Positions 58,301-64,000 of a stretch of DNA of 64,000 bases are shown here, piece by piece. Position numbers and translations under genes: made by a program. The number at the start of each line of letters is the position of its first letter. Position 1 is the first letter of the stretch. The DNA comes from Rhynchopus sp. YZ270_cl-10 (lineage: Eukaryota): positions 1,488,001 to 1,552,000 of the forward strand of contig OZ037845.1 of NCBI GenBank assembly GCA_964035575.1, written 5' to 3'. The notes under the pieces are model-generated. The model saw only the letters and a list, made by a program, of their open reading frames with translations. It was not told where the DNA came from and did not search any database.

Positions 58301-58592
58301 TTTGTTCTTGTTTTTGATTTTGATTTTGTTTTTTCTCAGGCGCAACGAAGCAGCCGATGTTTTTTGTCCCAGGTGCACTGAAGCCGCTGGTTCGCTCTCC
58401 CACTTCCATCTCTCTCTGGTCAGTGGTGCCGTAGTTACTACCTGCGAGGGGCGTAGGAATGGTTCCGAAAAAACCAGTTCGGGCGTTGGTTGGCACCTCC
58501 TCTGGAGTGCCGCGGCTTGTTTTCTGTTCTCGGACGCTTAGGTGCCCTTCCTCCCTGTGCATGAGATGTCGGAGCCTTTCTCTTCTGTCCAA
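55347..58592 (-). CDS. Reverse transcriptase / RNase H polyprotein ORF (true start uncertain)
   Basis: RT: VPKS..RRLVVDGRPVN, DLKGYFHQFPL, LPMGFAYAP, YLDD. RNase H: WTDAS, ELRA, VDN, MPADWGSR. Confidence 0.95.
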   Translation of the reverse strand: MDRRERLRHLMHREEGHLSVREQKTSRGTPEEVPTNARTGFFGTIPTPLAGSNYGTTDQREMEVGERTSGFSAPGTKNIGCFVAPEKKQNQNQKQEQKQQQQQQQQQRQKQFGSFAPDKRQRQKGQQFGSFAPKQQGSFAPKREQQEGSFAPKQEQQGSFAPRQPTRWPAPSGRRAGTTTMGRMPSSKSVSTTFPNDKIRIAATTSERRSPQFGRPQLFLHQGWKGPGEGDAREDSVGRTAPARDCPNDPRRGATSVERFPEGLRNCSSSEQGSASSAVRAPQATYGGPPLRSRLHVQDPARVQAARDQRGRNGPCIGGKEGAQKTICGGTSETGATSSSLRCHHRREQACQGRRPTCRRFSCDVLHDEVPRPRPTFSEQIGLARDSLCRGVADQGRSRTICEGEGRPGGSPPHLSSSGSSNSNRGVFLENCATPQHRDGGQHTRVRVADGAHSQGHAKGDVDALIQERSGASDSTAGGIKRKNASTPATQQRGADSGIPERDERICTDEGDGGAEDPAVAALINGAKYPLPVCDEGIEVPDPDYFPVGLCKPPPIIKKSLDSFPTGLIVLEAVRRMAEEVGKDSDFLQWCTSGRKIADALSGPIPLPGPKSKIPNSFVSECVKSKVLIPLARTDRKKGAVCVFDVPKSDPQLRRLVVDGRPVNKRIAKPQPFSLVNPHKLATMLKVSNARFAQQTDLKGYFHQFPLSPEVSKYFCVQAGGRWFRWARLPMGFAYAPYIAQNTSEIFLGPILNKWGVVYLDDIFVWGAYPAEAAAKTAFVRDRLQRAGAEVNVKKSMAKPAEVVDFIGIVWNLPLQSFSLPEEWRLKSSRIIHDTLKLETCSLRKWWKVCGLVFRAAYVLDFKLCFLCHTLQFVRSKAQLVSRKKLSWDDDVAMHVATKEELAAFAVANIQTCVTVPFPSPPPIHFSIAVWTDASTTGWGWVSKLQNSFSGVERHGRWESTHTSGEMFVLELRAAEKGMAAALEGGHTAIVLFVDNEAVKYVLRRGHSRTRLGNSILRRMSTRLSAAKAHLHIRWIKTDEMPADWGSRQKLAGQGVSLSPNRFGHVVEEASGMRVSDDVLQ
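57023..57901 (-). CDS. Tyrosine recombinase (open frame extends upstream to ~58378), nested in another frame of the RT ORF
   Basis: Catalytic R (TRSRVPDL), HxxR (HSFKRG), H and Y (LRHSNVGQTAAYL); first ATG at 57901. Confidence 0.93.
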   Translation of the reverse strand: MHERIPWDELHLHATAPTTQGEVQRVWSDFLRGCATAPHLSKEVHLLQFAHRRLRTAAPRSVVGYMCKILRECKRRGIRGVATVRVLGAKKALRRLSAAVRPRQAPPLPPSDVITGVNKLVKAGDQHAAALAAMSYMTRSRVPDLRFLNKSDWREIHCAGESPIKVGAELFAKEKGVLVARPPIYLPPGPLTAIAVSFWRTVQHHNTVMGGNTREFESLMERIRKVMPKGTWMHSFKRGAAQAIQLQGASNERMRLLLRHSNVGQTAAYLNATNVSARMRETEELKTLQLLH

Positions 58593-59556
58593 CCCCTGCT
58601 GCTGCCTTCAGGGCGGCTTTCCTGTCCGAGGAGACCCCGTTTGAGGCGGTCATGGATTTGGAGAAGGCCTGGGCCGCCTCCCATCCTTCCTTCGCCCGGA
58701 TGCCTAGGTGCATCACAGAGTTGAGGAGACCGGACAGGATGTCGTTCGGTGGGGAACCTTCCAAGATGCTGAACATGATATCCATGCTCGCCTTGATGGC
58801 ATCCCTGGCGTCCCCTTGCTCCCTTGGCAGGTACATCTCGGTGAGGCGGTTGCGGAGGGTAAGCAGCTGTACCTCCGAGAGCTCGTGCCATTTGTCCGGG
58901 ACGAGCAGTACATTGTCCACTGTGAGCTTCTTGGTAGGGGCGGAAGCCTCGCCTTCGCTCTCGCTATCCCCGATGCTCGCATCCTTCTTCTCATCCTCTG
59001 ACTTGTCCTCATGTGTAGGGAGGGGGGGGGCGGGGGGGGCAGGGTGTTGTGTGTTGGAACGAGGGGTGAAGTGCACGGTGAGGCGTTCGCGCTCCTCGTC
59101 CCTCTCTGCGTCTCTCACGCTCTCCGCCGCAAACGCTTCAGCAACGGTGTTCACGGAGGCGGGAGGGGTAGGCACTTCGGGGGAGTGAGGCAGCTCGGCG
59201 TCGCCCTCCCTCACGACAGCTCCAAAAAGCTCGTCTCCCAGCCTCTTCCGGAGGACTCCAAGGAGCAAAAGAAGACGCAGACAGGGAACATCTGTCCAGT
59301 CCGAGGGCACAGTTCCCGTGACGCGTGCCAACGCAGCGCGCACGTGTTCCTCCCCGAAATCTTCCTTCTCCCCCCGGAAATCCTCAAACGTCCGGACGCA
59401 CAGCGCGCCCGTGACGGACTCCCAGGCGTTTCCCAGTGCAGACTTCACGGCGTCCGACGAATCCGCAACGATGTTCGCAACATCTCGCGACATCCGGAAC
59501 GACCGTGACCCACTCTTGGCCCTGAGCGACTCCAGCGCTTCATCCATAGTGGTCAT
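58438..59556 (-). CDS. Gag-like ORF1 of the retrotransposon
   Basis: First long ORF after A1 (ATG at 59556 or 59547); acidic/Pro-rich middle and basic C-terminus. The call is positional. Confidence 0.75.
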   Translation of the reverse strand: MTTMDEALESLRAKSGSRSFRMSRDVANIVADSSDAVKSALGNAWESVTGALCVRTFEDFRGEKEDFGEEHVRAALARVTGTVPSDWTDVPCLRLLLLLGVLRKRLGDELFGAVVREGDAELPHSPEVPTPPASVNTVAEAFAAESVRDAERDEERERLTVHFTPRSNTQHPAPPAPPLPTHEDKSEDEKKDASIGDSESEGEASAPTKKLTVDNVLLVPDKWHELSEVQLLTLRNRLTEMYLPREQGDARDAIKASMDIMFSILEGSPPNDILSGLLNSVMHLGIRAKEGWEAAQAFSKSMTASNGVSSDRKAALKAAAGVGQKRKAPTSHAQGGRAPKRPRTENKPRHSRGGANQRPNWFFRNHSYAPRR

Positions 59557-59699
59557 GAGGGCGAGACTGGGGAAACACAACACAAAATACTGATGAAGGT
59601 GGTGGTGAGATTTCCCCGTAACGTCCTCAACCAACCTTGCCGAAGCAAGTGGTAAGCAATAACAACAAAAGGGCACGTAGCAATAGAGAAATGGTACGC

Positions 59700-59743
<44 letters not shown>

Positions 59744-59850
59744 TCCATAGCGAAAAAGGGGGAGGGGGAAAAGACTTTCTTATTCGCGACATATTTTATC
59801 CTAGAGACCCCCCTGGCGTAGCAAAGCTACTTAAACAAGTTTACAGTATG

Positions 59851-60009
59851 AGAGTTAGTGAGAGTTAGTGAGAGTTAGTGAGAGCTGTGAGAGCCTGTGA
59901 GACCTTGTGAGAGCCTGTGAGAGCTTGTGAGAGTCTGTGAGAGACTGTGAGAGCTTGTGAGAGCCTGTGAGACCTTGTGAGAGACTGTGAGAGCTTACTG
60001 AGAGCTAGT
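59851..60009. repeat. Decamer satellite, right flank
   Basis: AGAGTTAGTG units grading into GAGAGCCTGT/GAGACCTTGT variants. Confidence 0.95.
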
Positions 60010-61337
60010 AAAAAAATCTCTCCCCGTTCATAGATCACCCAATAGTGCTTACCTCAAAAAAAAAAATGTCAAAAAATGACAGTAAAGCTGCTGTCTGGTT
60101 CAAAACGGGAGGCAAAAATATAGGAACAATTCTTGGATTTGCCTGGACTATGGTCAAACACGTCCTAACGGCTAAAGGCTAACACGATTTTGATGTATTC
60201 CAATATCCAAAAAAAAAAAAAAAACTGTTCCCAGCTCCCCAGCGACACCAGTCGTTCTGTCCTTGTATTTGAATTGAGATATGCCATAGTGCTCATATCG
60301 ATCAGTATTGTACTTTCAACGTTTTTCCAGACTGTTAGCGTATTTTTTTTTCTTCCCTTCAACTATTCCTTGCCATACACACGGGGGGGATGAAGTGTAC
60401 CCGTCTGCATTTCCTCCCGATGGCTGCAGGGGTATGCAGGACTATTCTGTATTGTCCTCAGGGAGGTAAACACCCCTGCCCCTACGAAATGCAAAGTTTA
60501 ACCCTGGCTAGGGTATATAAATGCTGGGCCAGTGGCTTCCCCATGCTATGAAGGGTGTTTGCGCTCGGAGCATGAAACAGCGACAAAAATACAGTCAGGC
60601 CAGAGCTTGCTCTGCTACGCCTAGTGGTTATGGTGTACCGCCTGTAAGGATGTCTCCATGAGGCCCCCCAGCAAACGGGACGCCAAATGGGATGTTGTGA
60701 CCTCCACTGCTCTCATTGCAAAGTACTACAATGAAATACAATGCGAAAGAGTAGCAAAAAACAAAAACAAAAACAAACTTTCAAATCCCCTGTTCTCATA
60801 TCTCGACAATCGTGCACCAAGAGTTGGGTGAAGCAAATGGGAGTACCTGTAAGCTCACAACTCGGCAGAAGGTGGGCCGCCGGCTGACGAGCGGTTGTGC
60901 ACCGCCCCCGTTCACACTACGGTACGGGTAGGTCTTTCGGCTTCCTTTTTCCATGCCTTTGTTGTTGGCCGCAGGGTGCTTGTGCTTTTCATCCAGATGG
61001 CTGGCAGCGTGTCAGTTGGAGGTGCCTGCATAAACTATTATTTCTTTGCTATTTTCTCTTGACCGATTACACCCTATGAACGCCTTTAGCTCATACTAAC
61101 TCATACCTTGTTTATCTTATGGAGAGATCTGCTCACTGAGCCTCGCGCTTAGTCAGCAATGTGCTGTATTTGTTTTGCGTGGCATGAGGCAATTTAGAAT
61201 CTGGACTAGGAAACTTTACGTTGGGATTACCACGAACGTAAATTTTTTTCTTTTCTTTTGAAACTGAATTACCCACCCTTTTTTGCGTGCTATGTGCCCC
61301 CTCTTCCCCCCCTCCCCCAATTTGTTTCGGATAATCC

Positions 61338-61797
61338 CAGGGATATTGCTAACCATCGCCCATCGCCCCACTGAATTTGGGGTTTCCCCCTTTTCCATAA
61401 ACCATCGCACCATCGCCCCACGGTAACTAGTGTACTAGTGTACTAGTGTACTAGTGTACTAGTGTACTAGTGTACTAGTGTACTAGTGTACTAGTGTACT
61501 AGTGTACTAGTGTACTAGTGTACTAGTGTACTAGTGTACTAGTGTACTAGTGTACTAGTGTACTAGTGTACTAGTGTACTAGTGTACTAGTGTACTAGTG
61601 TACTAGTGTACTAGTGTACTAGTGTACTAGTGTACTAGTGTACTAGTGTACTAGTGTACTATGGTACTATGGCCAAGTTTCACAGCTCCGGAGACTATCA
61701 CGGGAGAAAGCTCGGGAGACCCTTTTTTCTTGCCCCCCCCCCTTTTTCAGAAATTATCCAAAAAAAAAATATATCCCGAAAGTTAGCAATATCCCTG
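61338..61797. mobile_element. MITE containing a (CTAGTGTA)n octamer array (61427-61660)
   Basis: 16-bp perfect TIR CAGGGATATTGCTAAC / GTTAGCAATATCCCTG; no TSD seen. Confidence 0.75.
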
Positions 61798-63872
61798 TTA
61801 CTTCAAGTATGTTGTAGTGCACACCCCTGTCTTCGTCTTTGCCAGCACGGTATATCATGCAGGCGCTGCTTAAATCGTATCAAGTGGGCGCCATCTAGAA
61901 AGATGCTCGGTAAGGGTGTGCGAACTTTTCAATTTTTTTCTGTAAAAAAACCAGTTCCAAAATACTTGGATCTAAATTGTATTACCGACTACTTCTTGTC
62001 TATACCAAAATAGGATCTTGACCCTGACTACAGCGAGGCGGGACGTGCAATGACCTCACTTCTTTCTTTCTTCACCTGCTCTAAGCCCCGGCCTTTTACA
62101 CAGTCAAAATATCATGAAAACAAAAAGAATTTGTCTTCGTGTGTTTTTGTACTCATTGTACTCAATGAAATAACTTTCACAGAAAAAGCTTTTTTTCTTT
62201 ATTGTATCCTACTTTTTTTAGCCCCTGCTCCTTCTTCAGTTTATTTATTTTTTTGTAAATCAAGATCAGGGTGTTTCCTAATTTGCTTCCGCTTCCGGGG
62301 ATTTGGAAAAAACTGGCCGGGTAAAAAAATTGCGGGGAAAAATTAGGGACGTGTGTAAAGTGCTTATTTTTTGGTATTTTCCCGAAAAAAGTATGTTCGC
62401 TGTTCTGGATCGCTCCAATCATTCAAATAAAGCAGTTTTCGGGAATTTTTATTTCACCAATGTTGGGCACCGTGCGCCTGCGGCGCTGCCTGTTCCTACC
62501 AGTTTCTACAGGCAAACACTTGGCCCCCTTTACCTTTCACTGACGGGTTTAGACCAAAACCAAGAACTTGTCCATTTCGGCAAATTGACCCCACCACACA
62601 GCGGGCGGATTCCGAAAATGCAAATGCCGGTGTTTTCGGGCATTTTCATGTTTTCAGGATCAGGGAGAGAAAATCTGGGTTGTGGTATTTACCTTGCCCT
62701 CTTTACGTTACACTCATTTTGACCAAAACCAAGAACTTGGCCATTTCGGCAAAGTGACCCCACCAGCGCGGACGGATTCCGGAAATGCCAATCGCGGCAT
62801 GTTTTGGGGCTGAAAACCCACTTTTTTTCCAGGGAAATTTTTTGCTTCCGGATGTCGGAATTTTCTGGAAAATTTCCAGAATTAGGAAACAGCCTGATCA
62901 AGGTACTTGACAATAGGAAATAGAAACGACGGAAGGTGCGTGCCCGCCAGCTTGTGTTTTCTCACTCATTATTTTTTCTATCTCATACAACACACACTTC
63001 AGCGAAAAAACACATCAAGCTTTCGGAGCGATAACGAAAAAGTTGTTTTTTATTGTTTTCTTTTTATTCAGAACCTGAAGTTAGTTTCTATTTTGAACAA
63101 CAAGGTTATTTTGACTTTCCCCCCCTTTTTATTTTCTTTTCTTTTTTTGAAAGCACTGAAAGTTTCCTTACAACCATTGCGAAAGAGTAAGCCGAATACG
63201 TTACAATTCGTACATCACTTTGGTTCAGGATCTAAAGAGCAAACAACACAAACACAAAACAAAGAGTGCAACACATAAACAAAACAACATTTACAAACGC
63301 CCCGAGGCCTTTTACACATTCAAAAAAAAAAAATTCTCACGTGACCTCTTTAACCCACCCTATCCCCCCAAACTTTTGATGATGCAACTTTTGTGTATAC
63401 CACAGCACTCGAATGCATAAACAACAAATAAAAGCGACTTTCCGGGGTTGAGGACGACCTCCGTCTATATCTTTGAAGTACAATAGCCTTCGGGCGACAT
63501 TGAGTACAGATCCTGCACTAGCAGGTGATTGTCGACACAACAACAAAATATCATTTCTGTAAAGCAAGGCTTCTGTTCACTATTATACAGACCTCACCTG
63601 ACGTTGGCACAACAAAAAAAAAAAGGTTTCCCCCCTCCCTGCGTCTCTCTTATCCAGGAATCTATAGTTCAAGATTGGAGATCGGGTCAGATTGTTTACG
63701 TGCAAAATTTTCAGCACCACTGGCCAAGGGAACATTGTATCCCACTCTTTTTTACCCTCAGGCCAAGACCCATCACCCCCCCCCCCCCCAAACTCGGTTT
63801 TGGGGTGCCAATTCTGCCTTTCCCCTTTTCATCCCATATACCACAGGCGGAAACGCAAAAGACATACACGAA

Positions 63873-64000
63873 ATGGTGGGCTACGATAGTTTTATGACGA
63901 TGGCGGAGTTTGAAGGGATGGTTCATGACCCGCAGACGATATTGGATCGTGCGGGGCAGTATTTGAATTATTTGGAGCAGCAGCAGCAGGCGCTGGAGGA
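63873..64000 (+). CDS. Start of a hypothetical protein running off the window
   Basis: MVGYDSFMTMAEFEGMVHDPQTILDRAGQYLNYLEQQQQALE is open to the edge, downstream of a pyrimidine tract and CCACAG (63841-46). Confidence 0.5.
   Translation, partial: MVGYDSFMTMAEFEGMVHDPQTILDRAGQYLNYLEQQQQALE

Larger units (their letters stand above)
54624..59850 (-). mobile_element. Tyrosine-recombinase (DIRS-order) retrotransposon with split direct repeats and VIPER/TATE-like gene order
   Basis: A repeats 59549-59850 and 54702-54973; B repeats 54972-55079 and 54624-54731, giving A1-ORFs-B1-A2-B2 on the minus strand; gag-like, YR and RT/RNase H ORFs all open. Confidence 0.95.
53434..60042 (+). mobile_element. 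TIR element carrying expanded satellites and a nested retrotransposon
   Basis: 15-bp perfect TIR TTGGGTGATCTATGA / TCATAGATCACCCAA; TAG on both flanks (53431-33, 60043-45); short relative at 44840. Confidence 0.85.

Overview
Eukaryotic protist genomic DNA, most likely euglenozoan (diplonemid-like). This is inferred from a kinetoplastid-type eIF4A sequence, short GTATG...CAG cis-introns, and all host genes lying on the + strand. From left to right: three Rh-family ammonium transporter genes and two hypothetical genes (1-11.9 kb). Next is a ~27.5 kb eIF4A array (13.5-41.1 kb) with five near-identical 4-exon eIF4A genes, whose intron 2 hosts box C/D snoRNA candidates, six intronless in-frame 'C-terminal-domain-only' eIF4A paralogs, and one catalytically dead eIF4A-like gene. 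Two relocated copies of part of the intronic snoRNA cassette follow, then a SAM methyltransferase, a zinc-ribbon gene and a membrane/cyclase-like/STE kinase gene. At 54.6-59.85 kb (- strand) is an apparently intact tyrosine-recombinase retrotransposon (gag-YR-RT/RNase H, split direct repeats A1...B1-A2-B2), inserted in a decamer satellite that itself sits inside a TIR element. Intergenic DNA holds many MITE-like elements, several with internal satellites, and at least 13 same-strand ~40-nt hairpins with covarying stems and a shared purine loop. All calls were made by eye; no database searches were run.
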